The position numbers were made by a program, and so were the translations under genes. DNA of 40,763 bases, from contig JBIIJX010000003.1 of the NCBI GenBank assembly GCA_044233495.1, positions 1 through 40,763 of the forward strand. The letters are read 5' to 3'. The stretch is from Candidatus Nanopelagicales bacterium. GTDB taxonomy: Bacteria > Actinomycetota > Actinomycetes > S36-B12. The notes beneath the pieces were generated by a model, which saw only the letters and a list, made by a program, of their open reading frames with translations, ran no database searches and was not told where the DNA came from. This document shows positions 19,523 to 28,409 of the stretch, piece after piece (position 1 is the first letter of the stretch; each line of letters begins with the position of its first letter).

Positions 19523-21199
19523 TCAGCGCCGAATCACCCTCCGCAGTTTCTCTGCCGCGCGGTAGCTGCGGCTCGACAGCACGGCAGCGAGGGCAGCGGC
19601 GTCAGCACCTGACTCCGCCGCGAGGCTGCTGGTCGGCACCTCAGGCATCAGCGTGATGCGGCGGAAGAAGTCGGTGAGGTGCCCTGCGAAGCCGTCCCAC
19701 GTCTGGCGCTCGATCGCTTGGGTCAAGGCCGCAACTCGGGCGGTGCGGGCATCCTCGCTGGCGAGCAGCGCAGTGAGGTCGGCGGCGTGCGCCTCGACCG
19801 ACCAGGTAGCGGGCAGTCCGGGAGCCTGCGCCACCTCCTTCAGCGGACCGAAGTCGGTGAAGACGGTTGGCGTTCCCAGTGCCGCGGCCTCGTAGGGCAC
19901 GAAGCCGAAGCCCTCGGCGCTGCTGGGGTAGAGCGCCGCAGTGGCGTTCGCGAGCAGCCACGCGCGACTGGGCGACGACACGTGGCCGACCGTGTGGATG
20001 GTGCCGCGCAGGTCAAGGTGCCGCGCGCGGAGTTCGTCCTCGGCCTCCTTGCTGGAGCTCGACTTCACGTGCAGGCCGGCGAGGACGAGATCGCACGGCT
20101 CACCCGCCTGCAGGGCACGCTGCCACACCTTGATCGCGAAGTCGCGGTTCTTGTGCTGGAAGTCGTTACCGAGGACCACGACGAAGCGCTTGCCCTTCAG
20201 CGCCTTGATCAGGTCGGCGAGGTCCTCGCCGGGCTGTTCGGGGGCACTCGCCGCGGTGATGTGGTCAAGGCCCAGGACGATCGGCTCGACGCGCTCGGGG
20301 TCCAGTCGCGGAACCTCGTCGATGAGCCGCTGGGCGACGTCAGCGCTGATCGTGGTGATGCCGTCGACACTGAGCGCGACCTTGCGCTGGAGGGCACGGT
20401 AGGCGTGCCAGGCCTCCGCGGACGCGTGATAGCGGGGAATGTCGTAGGCGATGAGGTCCAGGTAGGTCGTCACGACGCGGGCCCCGAGCCGACGGGCCTG
20501 GCCGATGGTGCCGCGGCCGTCGATCTGGTTCGGGTACCAGACGACGTCCGAGCGCTTCGCTTCATCGACGGGAACGAGCTGCACCTTCTCCTGATCGGTG
20601 AGGTGCTGGGCGTAGGGCGGCAGCTCGTCGAGGCCGACGACCCGGATGGCGGTGATCTCGTCCTGTCGTGCGAGACCGGCGATGGCGGCCGTCGTGAGCA
20701 CCTGGGCGCCGGTCTCGTGCGGGCCGAGCCAGGTGACGTCGACCGTGACGGTCATCCTTCCCGGCTTCGGCGCATAGGCCCGCAGGACGTGGTGGCGGGA
20801 GCTGGCCGGATCATCGGCCTCCACGATGTCGACGTCCTGCGGATGTCGTGACGCATCGGCGTGGGCGACGTCAGCGTCCTTCGTCATCCACCAGTCGTGC
20901 CACAGGCCCCGCTCGCTCGCACGGGTGAGCCAGCTGTGGACTGCCTCGGGATCGTCAGGGTCGAGCGGTCCGACGAGGTCCTCGAGGTCGGTGGCGGCGG
21001 CGGTGAGGGGACCAGCCGGGCCGGCGGCGCGCAGCCACTGCCCGTTGCTGGTGGGCACAGCAACAAGGGACAGGCTTGCGATACGGGGGTCAGCGTCGAT
21101 CCGGCTGGTGAACTCCGCCAGGCGGTCCATGGTGAGCAGGGCCGGGTCGCCGATGACGACAAGGGTGCGGCCTCGGCGCGTGCGGATCGGCTCGGTCAC
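19523..21199 (-). CDS. GT4-family glycosyltransferase with N-terminal extension
   Basis: ETGAQV, LGNDFQHKNR, YPSSAEGFGFVPYEAA; C-terminal SSRSYRAAEKLRR. Confidence 0.82.
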   Translation of the reverse strand: MTEPIRTRRGRTLVVIGDPALLTMDRLAEFTSRIDADPRIASLSLVAVPTSNGQWLRAAGPAGPLTAAATDLEDLVGPLDPDDPEAVHSWLTRASERGLWHDWWMTKDADVAHADASRHPQDVDIVEADDPASSRHHVLRAYAPKPGRMTVTVDVTWLGPHETGAQVLTTAAIAGLARQDEITAIRVVGLDELPPYAQHLTDQEKVQLVPVDEAKRSDVVWYPNQIDGRGTIGQARRLGARVVTTYLDLIAYDIPRYHASAEAWHAYRALQRKVALSVDGITTISADVAQRLIDEVPRLDPERVEPIVLGLDHITAASAPEQPGEDLADLIKALKGKRFVVVLGNDFQHKNRDFAIKVWQRALQAGEPCDLVLAGLHVKSSSSKEAEDELRARHLDLRGTIHTVGHVSSPSRAWLLANATAALYPSSAEGFGFVPYEAAALGTPTVFTDFGPLKEVAQAPGLPATWSVEAHAADLTALLASEDARTARVAALTQAIERQTWDGFAGHLTDFFRRITLMPEVPTSSLAAESGADAAALAAVLSSRSYRAAEKLRRVIRR

Positions 21200-21277
21200 T
21201 GCACCATCCTGACAGGCGCGGGGGGCTGGCTGCGGCGGCAGCGCGGCATCAGATCGAGCCGCACGAGGATGCTGTCA

Positions 21278-21712
21278 TCAGCGAACGTCCGCGGGATCGA
21301 TCCACATCAACTCACTGAAACGGGCAAACCCCCGGTCGTACGAGTACCACGTCACTCCGGCACGGATGGCCGACGCGGCAAGCAAGGCATCGGTGACATC
21401 CGCTCCCCGCAGCCCGTAGCGGGTGAGCAAGGAGCGGAGATCGGGCCAGAGATCGGCGCTTCCCTCGCTGCAACGCACGTGCGATGGCGTCAGGAGAGCA
21501 TCCAGGAAGGCCGTGGCCTCCGCTGGTGACGCCGGGTTCTGGAGGATCCGCCGATCCGTGACCACGCGGACGAATCCCGCCGCGACCGATGGAAAGATCA
21601 GCGCGACCTCCGGCCCCGCCATGACGCGAGCCAACAGCGCCGCAGCGCCGTCATGGTGGGCACTGTCTGCATCGAAGCCGTAGATCAGGACATTGACGTC
21701 AACGGACAGCAT
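21278..21712 (-). CDS. vapC: VapC PIN toxin (mycobacterial PIN family)
   Basis: MLSVDVNVLIY, GFVRVVT, VTDALLAA, SYDRGFARF. Confidence 0.9.
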   Translation of the reverse strand: MLSVDVNVLIYGFDADSAHHDGAAALLARVMAGPEVALIFPSVAAGFVRVVTDRRILQNPASPAEATAFLDALLTPSHVRCSEGSADLWPDLRSLLTRYGLRGADVTDALLAASAIRAGVTWYSYDRGFARFSELMWIDPADVR

Positions 21713-21959
21713 CGATGGGCTCGTGCTCGTCGAGGATCTCCCGGACCGTGGACATGTCGTCGAGATCGATTCCCGGACGAGCCCCACCGGAGCGCATCGT
21801 CGGCAAGGGGGGCGCCGTGACCGGAGCCGGTGCAGCCGCGTCGAGGAGGTAGACGCGCACCGCTTCCTCGATCACCGAGCTCACCGACCTGCCCAGCTGG
21901 GCTGCCCTGACCCGCACGTCGTCGTAGACGAGGTCGGGAAGAGTCACGGTCGTCCGCAT
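21699..21959 (-). CDS. vapB: RHH/CopG-type antitoxin (VapB)
   Basis: MRTTVTLPD...SVSSVIEEAVR...PGIDLDD; overlaps the toxin start. Confidence 0.88.
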   Translation of the reverse strand: MRTTVTLPDLVYDDVRVRAAQLGRSVSSVIEEAVRVYLLDAAAPAPVTAPPLPTMRSGGARPGIDLDDMSTVREILDEHEPIDAVR

Positions 21960-21965
21960 GCCTGC

Positions 21966-21996
21966 ACCATAGCATCAATGTGATGCATCATGATGC
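21966..21996 (-). promoter_or_regulatory. vapBC promoter with palindromic operator array
   Basis: TGC-TATGGT-N6-ATG; GCATCA/TGATGC half-sites at 21972, 21981, 21985 and 21991; perfect palindrome GCATCATGATGC at 21985-21996. Confidence 0.7.
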
Positions 21997-22082
21997 GTCA
22001 CTGTCCCCAGTTGGCGGGGCCGTTCACCGGATTGGACGGGACCTCCGGCGGACGCTGAGCGTCGAACGTCAGGCAGGGTCCG

Positions 22083-23819
22083 CTACAGCGCCTCGTAGAT
22101 GCGCTCGAGGGCCGGGTTGAGGGCCGGGGAGTAGTACGGGTCCTCGGGGTAGCTGCTGCCCCAGCGCTCCGCGAACATGGCGGACTCCCGCGGATCGGCC
22201 TTGCGGCGCGCCATGCTGGCGCCCTCGTGGTGGGTCAAGTGGGCGTAGGGGGTCCAGGCGATGCGATGCCCGGAGCGGTGCGCCCGCAGGCAGAAGTCGA
22301 CGTCGTTGAAGTCGCGGGCGAAGGCCTCGTCGAACCCACCGAGCTCGTCGAAGACGCTCGTTCGGACGAGCATTGCGGCCGCCGTGACCGCGAGGTAGTT
22401 GCGGGGAGTGAGGGTCGAGCCGAAGTAGCCGGGCTCCTTCGCCAGCCTGCCGATCCATGCGTGCGTCGGGCCGCTGGGCAGCAGCACCAGGCCGACGTGC
22501 TGGAGTCGGGTGTCGGGGTAGGTGAGCTTGCAGCCCACGATGCCGACTCCGTCGATCTGGCCGATCTCGAGCATCCGCGTGACGGGGTTCGGCTCGGCCA
22601 CCGTGGTGTCGTCGTTGAGGATGAGCAGCCAGTCACCCGACGCTGCACGCCGGCCGAGGTTGATCGCCGCGGCGAAGTTGAACTGGCTCGTCTCGTACAC
22701 GACGCGGCGGAGAGTGTGGCGGCCGGTGTCGGCGGTCACCTCGGGGATGACGCCGGTGGTGACGATGACGAACTCGAGCTCGACGTTCTGCTCGTTGGCC
22801 GCAAGCGAGGCGACGGCGTCATCGACGAACCGGCCACCGCCCGAGGCGTTGGGTGTGCCGATCGTCGGGATGATCACCGACACCCGGGGGGTGTCGGTCA
22901 GCCGCGGATGCACCTCATTGAGGCCCGGGACGCGGCTCGGTGTCACGTCACCGCCGCCGAACGTGCGCTGCAGGTGCTCGCGCTGCACGCGGGCCGCTGC
23001 CTCCTGCGCCCAGGGCTTGGCATCGATCGTGAGCGCGGTCGACTCGCTCCACGCACGCCAGTGGTAGTACGGCCGGGGCAGGTGGACGACGTCGACGAGC
23101 TGCGGCAGCAGGCGCAGGGCGAGGTCGAAGTCCTGGGCGCCGTCCATCTCGCTGCGCAGGCCGCCGACCACCTTGACGCTCTCCGTGCGGAAGACCGTGA
23201 AGTGGCACAGGTACATCTGCGTGAGGAGCAACTCGGGCGAGAAGTCCGGCTTGCAGTAGAGCTCGAAGTGCTCGCCCTTCGCATCGACCTTGTCCTCGTC
23301 GGAGTAGACCGCGTCGGGGCGGCCGTGCTGCTCGATGGCCTGCGAGAACGCGTCGATGCACCGGCGGTCCAGGACGTCGTCGTGGTCGAGCATGCCGACA
23401 TACTCGCCCGTCGCGCGCTCGAGCGCGACGTTCAGCGCTGACGAGATGCCGCCGTTGGCCTTCGTGACGACCTCGATCCGCGGGTCGTCTGCATGGGCCT
23501 CGAGGAACTCGTCGAGGTAGTCGATCACGTCGGGCTTGGTCGAACCATCGTTCGCGACCACGAGCTGCCAGTTCCTGGCCTGCTGCTCGATGACCGAGTC
23601 GAGGCACTCGCGCAGGAAGGCCACCGGCGGGTTGTAGACCGGGACGATGATGCTGATCGTGAACCCGTGGTCGGTGGATCCAGGTTCGACGGTGGCTGCC
23701 TCGGCCAGCCAGGCCTTGTACTGCTTGCCGATATTGCGCTCGTAAACCTTGCGCTTCACGTAGCGCTTGACGCGGCCCGCGCGGCGCTTGGCGCGAATGA
23801 TCGGATTCGACTCCTGCAT
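22083..23819 (-). CDS. Dual-domain GT2 glycosyltransferase (RfbC-like)
   Basis: IIVPVYNPP, LDHDD, YSDEDK, KPDFSP, GAQDFDL; second domain FNFAAAINLG, LNDDT, AVTAAAML, FNDVDFCLR. Confidence 0.88.
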   Translation of the reverse strand: MQESNPIIRAKRRAGRVKRYVKRKVYERNIGKQYKAWLAEAATVEPGSTDHGFTISIIVPVYNPPVAFLRECLDSVIEQQARNWQLVVANDGSTKPDVIDYLDEFLEAHADDPRIEVVTKANGGISSALNVALERATGEYVGMLDHDDVLDRRCIDAFSQAIEQHGRPDAVYSDEDKVDAKGEHFELYCKPDFSPELLLTQMYLCHFTVFRTESVKVVGGLRSEMDGAQDFDLALRLLPQLVDVVHLPRPYYHWRAWSESTALTIDAKPWAQEAAARVQREHLQRTFGGGDVTPSRVPGLNEVHPRLTDTPRVSVIIPTIGTPNASGGGRFVDDAVASLAANEQNVELEFVIVTTGVIPEVTADTGRHTLRRVVYETSQFNFAAAINLGRRAASGDWLLILNDDTTVAEPNPVTRMLEIGQIDGVGIVGCKLTYPDTRLQHVGLVLLPSGPTHAWIGRLAKEPGYFGSTLTPRNYLAVTAAAMLVRTSVFDELGGFDEAFARDFNDVDFCLRAHRSGHRIAWTPYAHLTHHEGASMARRKADPRESAMFAERWGSSYPEDPYYSPALNPALERIYEAL

Positions 23820-23833
23820 GATGATCGGCCGGC

Positions 23834-25057
23834 CTAGTCGAAGTGGAACTCGGGCTCGAGCTCGATCAGGCCCTGGCCCATCTCGCCACGGGGGCTGCGC
23901 ACGGCGAACTCCAGGGCGTCGTTCCAGGAGTCGACCAGGCGGGATCCGGTGTAGTCGAAGACGTCGATGTGGACCCTGTATCGGCCCGGGAGCAGGGGAT
24001 TGCGGGGCAGGGTCATCGTCACGGTGTGATCGCCGACGATGGTGCCGAAGTCGAAGCCCCATCGGTGGTTGCTGAGCATCGTCACGAGAGTGCCGGAGTC
24101 GTGCTGCAGGGCGATCCGGATGTTCGGGCCGAGGATCTCCTGCGGGACCGAGAACCTCACCCGCACGGCCAGCGGAGCGCCCGTCTCGCCGTGCGTGAGC
24201 TGGTTGCCATCGGCGTCGACGATCTCCGCCGATGTCACGCGCACGGAACCGTCGCCGGCTCGGTGCTCACCCGACTCACCGTCGCGCGTCGCCGCCACCA
24301 TCGGCATGCGCGCAGCCTCGTCGGAGTTCACCTTGCGCAGGTAGGAGGCGATCGTCTCGACGGCCGGACCGTGCTCCTGCATGCGGCCATGGTCGAGCCA
24401 CGCGACCTCGTCGCAGAGCCCCTCCAGCTGCCCCAGACCATGGCTGACGACGATGATCGTCTTGCCCGCCTTGCGCAGGCCGTACAGGTGGTCGAAGCAC
24501 TTGCGCTGGAACTCCTCATCGCCGACCGCGAGCACCTCGTCGACGAGCAGCACGTCGGGCTTCATGTGCACGGCAACGGAGAAGCCCAGACGTACGTACA
24601 TGCCACTGGAGTAGTGCTTCACCGGATCGTTGATGAACTCCGTCAGCCCGCTGAACTCGATGATCTCGTCGGTGACGGCCGCGATCTCCTTGCGCGACAG
24701 CCCCAGAATCGAGCCGTTGAGGGCGATGTTCTCGCGGCCCGTCATGTCCGGGTGGAATCCGGCGCCAAGCTCGATCAGGGCGGCCACCCGGCCCTGCGCA
24801 TTGATCGACCCCTCCGTCGGCCGGTAGATGCCGCCGATCATCTTCAGCAGGGTTGACTTGCCCGAGCCGTTGTGGCCGATGAGGCCGTAGACGCTGCCCT
24901 TGGGAATCTGCAGCGAGACGTCACGCACCGCCCAGAAGTCCTGCGCGTTCTTCGCCCTGCCGCGAACGATGCGCTCCTTCAGGGAGCTGCGACGGTCGGG
25001 GTGGCGCAGGAAGCGCTTGCCCACGTGCTGCACGTCGACCGCGAAGTTCTCAGCCAT
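23834..25057 (-). CDS. wzt: Polysaccharide ABC transporter ATP-binding protein with Wzt_C domain
   Basis: GHNGSGKST, YSSGMYVRLGF, VDEVLAVGD, VSH; C-terminal beta domain with LLPGRY; ATG overlaps the wzm TGA. Confidence 0.92.
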   Translation of the reverse strand: MAENFAVDVQHVGKRFLRHPDRRSSLKERIVRGRAKNAQDFWAVRDVSLQIPKGSVYGLIGHNGSGKSTLLKMIGGIYRPTEGSINAQGRVAALIELGAGFHPDMTGRENIALNGSILGLSRKEIAAVTDEIIEFSGLTEFINDPVKHYSSGMYVRLGFSVAVHMKPDVLLVDEVLAVGDEEFQRKCFDHLYGLRKAGKTIIVVSHGLGQLEGLCDEVAWLDHGRMQEHGPAVETIASYLRKVNSDEAARMPMVAATRDGESGEHRAGDGSVRVTSAEIVDADGNQLTHGETGAPLAVRVRFSVPQEILGPNIRIALQHDSGTLVTMLSNHRWGFDFGTIVGDHTVTMTLPRNPLLPGRYRVHIDVFDYTGSRLVDSWNDALEFAVRSPRGEMGQGLIELEPEFHFD

Positions 25058-25854
25058 CAGAGCAGCTCCCCGATGTCCTCGCTGCTGCGGTCGAACACCG
25101 CAAGGCCGAGCCAGAAGGTGAGGAACCCTCCACCGAGCAGCGCGACGATCACCCACCAGGCGGGCGCGACGAGCGAGTACATGACGTCGTGCATGCTCTC
25201 GACGAACCACGTCATCGGGTTGAGCTTGATCACCCAGGCGAGGAGGTCGCTCTGCCCCTCGATCATGTCGAGCGGGTACAGGATCGGAGTCAGGAAGTAC
25301 AGGGCTCCGAGTGCGACCGCGACGATGTACTGCACGTCGCCGTATCGCGCGTTCAGGATCGAGAGCATCAGTCCGATCCCCTGGGCGAACAGCAGCAGCC
25401 CGACGAGGATCGGCAACGCGAGGATCCACGTCCAGCCCACGTTGAGCAGGAACAGGAACATCGCGATGAGGACGATGAGCTCGAGCACCACCTGGATGAG
25501 CTGCACGATCGACGCCCCGAGAATGGGCGCCCACGCCGGGAACTGCACCTTCTTCAGCAGTTCGCCGTTTGACTTCAACTGGGTCATCGACAGGTTGAGG
25601 ATCCCCGAGAACATCCCCCACGTGACGATGCCCGTGAACAGGAACGCCGCGTAGGACGTGCCGTTGCCGGAGCCCAGGGTTGGGGCCTGGATACGGAACA
25701 CGATGCTGAACACCGCGGCGAACACCACCAGCGTGGCCAGCGGCTGCAGGAGGGACCACGCCCAGCCCAGCACGCTGGAGCGGTAGCGGGTGGCGAAGTC
25801 GCGATTGGCGAAGGCCAGGATCAGCGCTCGCTGCGAGTAGAGGCTGGTCAGCAC
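25057..25854 (-). CDS. wzm: Polysaccharide ABC transporter permease
   Basis: RYRSSVLGWAWSLLQPL, FLTPILYP, LNPMT; six TM helices. Confidence 0.92.
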   Translation of the reverse strand: MLTSLYSQRALILAFANRDFATRYRSSVLGWAWSLLQPLATLVVFAAVFSIVFRIQAPTLGSGNGTSYAAFLFTGIVTWGMFSGILNLSMTQLKSNGELLKKVQFPAWAPILGASIVQLIQVVLELIVLIAMFLFLLNVGWTWILALPILVGLLLFAQGIGLMLSILNARYGDVQYIVAVALGALYFLTPILYPLDMIEGQSDLLAWVIKLNPMTWFVESMHDVMYSLVAPAWWVIVALLGGGFLTFWLGLAVFDRSSEDIGELL

Positions 25855-25997
25855 GACGCACCGCCCCTTCCACCCATGACGCAGGCAGCCTACCGGCCGT
25901 CCTCGTGACCGATGTGCGGCGAAATGCCCGGTGGCGTGGGTACCCTTCAAGGGAAACGACGGCTCTGCTGCCCTGACGGGCGCCGCGAGGAGGATCC

Positions 25998-27260
25998 ATG
26001 TCACGCCCAACCACCCGCCTGACGCGCGGACTGCTGTCCGCCGCCCTCGTCCTCGGCATGACTGCAGGCGGTGCGCTCGCCTTCGGCGCGCCCGCCGCCG
26101 CGGCCGCGAAGGGCTTCATCGCCGCGCCCAACAGCATGGTCGGGATCGAGACCCAGATCGTCATCAGTGCACCCCAGGCGGTCGGGCAGACCGTCACGAT
26201 CGGAGCGCAGGTCGGCGGGTTCTCCAGCACCATGCAGACCACGATCGGGTCCAACGGCTACGGATCCGTGACGTGGACCCCCGGAGCCCCCGGCACGTGG
26301 GTGTTCAACGGCTTGGGCACTATCGCCAGCCTCGGCTCCACCAGCGCAACCGTCGTTCCCATGCCCACCTACACAGTGCTGATGGCGCAGAACAACGTGC
26401 AGCAGAACGCCAGCAACACCCTCGAGGCGATCGTCGTCGCACCCCTCGGCAACCTCAACCCCACCGGCACCGTCAACCTGCAGTACGGCAGCGGGGTGGC
26501 CATCTCGACGGCTCCCCTGACGGGTGGGATCGGCAACTCGAGCTCCACGGCGCTGCTGCCGTGGACGCCGACCCAGTCAGGCAACATCAACATCCAGGCC
26601 ACCTACACCTCCGACAACGGTGCCTTCACCGGGTCCACGAGTCCGATCTCGAACCCCAACTCCACCTCGGCATCTACGCCCCTCGCGATTCGGTGGCCCG
26701 CCAACCTGTACGTCGGGGAGCCCACCGTCCTCCAGGGCGTGATCGGCAACGGGTTCCCGCCGGGCACCGTCGCTTTCACCTTCAACACCACGGGGATCAG
26801 CGGATCCATCCCGACGACGAACGGCGTGGCCAGCTTCCAGTGGGCACCGCCCGCAGGCGGGATCAACACCATCTCCGCGTCCTACACGGGTGCCACTGGC
26901 TCTCCCGGCAGCCTCGTCTGGTCGAATGGCACCTCCAGCCAGCTCGTGACGGTGAACCCGACTCGCCCGACCGACAACATCACGGTCGATCCGCCCGGCC
27001 AGCCAGTCTGGAACATCGCGCAGCCCATCACCATGCAGGCCGGCTCGACGGTGACACTCGCGGGCACCAGCCAGTCGGGCACGACGGTCATCTTTAGCGA
27101 GCAGGGCAACTGCGTGATCGCCGGTGCCGTGCTCACGGCCCTGTCGCCCGGCCAGTGCCAGGTGACGGCGCAGAGCCCGGGAACCGCAGCGATCAAGCCC
27201 GGCAGTGAGACCTACACGATCACTGTGACGGCACCGCCGCGTCGCCCCGCGCGTCGCTAG
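25998..27260 (+). CDS. Secreted Ser/Thr/Gly-rich Ig-like repeat surface protein
   Basis: GAGGAGG RBS; signal peptide ending in poly-Ala; beta-strand repeats (PTGTV..., ATYTSD, ASYTG); C..G.C.VTA last domain. Confidence 0.7.
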   Translation: MSRPTTRLTRGLLSAALVLGMTAGGALAFGAPAAAAAKGFIAAPNSMVGIETQIVISAPQAVGQTVTIGAQVGGFSSTMQTTIGSNGYGSVTWTPGAPGTWVFNGLGTIASLGSTSATVVPMPTYTVLMAQNNVQQNASNTLEAIVVAPLGNLNPTGTVNLQYGSGVAISTAPLTGGIGNSSSTALLPWTPTQSGNINIQATYTSDNGAFTGSTSPISNPNSTSASTPLAIRWPANLYVGEPTVLQGVIGNGFPPGTVAFTFNTTGISGSIPTTNGVASFQWAPPAGGINTISASYTGATGSPGSLVWSNGTSSQLVTVNPTRPTDNITVDPPGQPVWNIAQPITMQAGSTVTLAGTSQSGTTVIFSEQGNCVIAGAVLTALSPGQCQVTAQSPGTAAIKPGSETYTITVTAPPRRPARR

Positions 27261-27262
27261 TC

Positions 27263-27338
27263 CGTTAGTCCCGCGACACGGGAGAGGTGAGCCAATTCGA
27301 CCCCTCATGGGTCCACTTGGTTCACCTCTCCCGTCTCG
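27263..27338. repeat. Composite palindromic element, left flank of the nuclease gene (inverted orientation)
   Basis: CGTTAGTCCC-GCGACAC-GGGAGAGGTGAGCCAA-N21-TTGGTTCACCTCTCCC; arms 27278-27295 and 27317-27334 are complementary at 17 of 18 positions. Confidence 0.85.
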
Positions 27339-27353
27339 GTCACCTGTCATGAC

Positions 27354-28361
27354 CTACGAGGATCGTCTGACGCGGCTGTAGGACGAGGCTCTCCGGATCT
27401 CGTCCGCCACTCCGCGCATCGAACCCTGGGCAGCCGACCAATCCCACCTCACCACGGGGAATCCCAGGCTTCTGATCCGATCCTCGCGCCTCTTCTCCCT
27501 CACAAGATCCTCACGACGGACGTACTTCTCCACGCCATCGGCCTCTCCGACGACGCCGTAAGCCTCGAACAGCATGTCCACGATGCCCACGAGCCCCCGA
27601 GCGTCATGCAGTGGTACCTGCAAGCGCGGCTCCGGCATACCCGCTCGGACGAGACGCACACGAGACAGGGACTCCAAGGGGCTCTGCGATCCAGTGCGGG
27701 CGTGGCCCAGAGCCTGGCGCGCGATCCCTGATCCGGCCAGGTGCGTCCATCGACCGCTGTACTCCGCGATGGCAGCCAGCACTTCCGGTGCCTGCCAGGC
27801 CACAGCGTCGAGTGTCACCACTCCCCAGTCGACGTCACCCGCCATGGCGGCCGTCCAGGCTGCCAGATTCCGGCCCGTGGTCGGAAGGCCAGCGTGCACC
27901 GTCAGATCGGCGTCATCGATATCCAGAATGTGAATGGTGGCAGCCGGCAAGTGCTCCGGCTTGCATATCCGCCTGCGAAGTGCACGGCTGTCGCGACCGA
28001 TAGGGCGAACCAGCTCGATGTGACCCAGGAGTCGACTGTCGACGGGAATCCCCTGGAGCAGAGCTGCCGTCACCCCGAAGCAGGCGACCGGGCCCTCGAT
28101 CGCTGCGCAAGCCGCTGCAGCGAGGAGCAGGTGCCGAGCCTGAGGGGTTACGGCGCCTTCGACCACGTGACGATCCGCGTAGACACCGTGGTGAAGACGC
28201 ACCCAGGTGCCGTTGCGACGCATGGTCAGAACTGCCGTGGGTTCGAGTCCCCACGCTGCAAGGTCGCTGCGGCGGAAGACCCCTCCCTGCGCTCCCGCCC
28301 GGACGCGTACGCGTTCACGCAGGATCTCCAGCTCGGCAGAGCTTCGTCGTGGGGCGGGCAT
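27354..28361 (-). CDS. AbiEi-type HTH + DUF559/Vsr-like PD-(D/E)XK nuclease domain protein
   Basis: QGGVFRRSDL...WVRLHHGVY N-terminus; SQSPLES, LQV, IVD, GEADGVEKY, EKRREDRIRSLGFPVVRW C-terminus. Confidence 0.8.
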   Translation of the reverse strand: MPAPRRSSAELEILRERVRVRAGAQGGVFRRSDLAAWGLEPTAVLTMRRNGTWVRLHHGVYADRHVVEGAVTPQARHLLLAAAACAAIEGPVACFGVTAALLQGIPVDSRLLGHIELVRPIGRDSRALRRRICKPEHLPAATIHILDIDDADLTVHAGLPTTGRNLAAWTAAMAGDVDWGVVTLDAVAWQAPEVLAAIAEYSGRWTHLAGSGIARQALGHARTGSQSPLESLSRVRLVRAGMPEPRLQVPLHDARGLVGIVDMLFEAYGVVGEADGVEKYVRREDLVREKRREDRIRSLGFPVVRWDWSAAQGSMRGVADEIRRASSYSRVRRSS

Positions 28362-28367
28362 AAGCGC

Positions 28368-28396
28368 ACTGTGCAGACACTTCCGCGGAGAGCCAA
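28368..28396 (-). promoter_or_regulatory. Putative promoter of the nuclease gene (leaderless)
   Basis: TTGGCT-N17-CACAGT-N6-ATG with an extended TG. Confidence 0.5.
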
Positions 28397-28409
28397 ACCG
28401 CTATCCACA

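Noticed and set aside
21278-21712. vapC as an inactive toxin because the second acidic residue is Gly (GFVR)
   Set aside because: This GF.R pattern is common in the mycobacterial PIN subfamily and does not indicate decay.
23834-26254. 806-aa ORF read as a Wzm-Wzt fusion or extended Wzt
   Set aside because: The extension is an off-frame read through wzm; the real ATG at 25057 overlaps the wzm stop.
25998-27260. Six N-X-S/T sequons as evidence for N-glycosylation
   Set aside because: About the number expected by chance given the high Asn and Ser/Thr content.
27354-28361. Type IV (AbiE) toxin-antitoxin system
   Set aside because: No adjacent AbiEii nucleotidyltransferase; the AbiEi-like part is only an N-terminal HTH fused to a nuclease-like domain.
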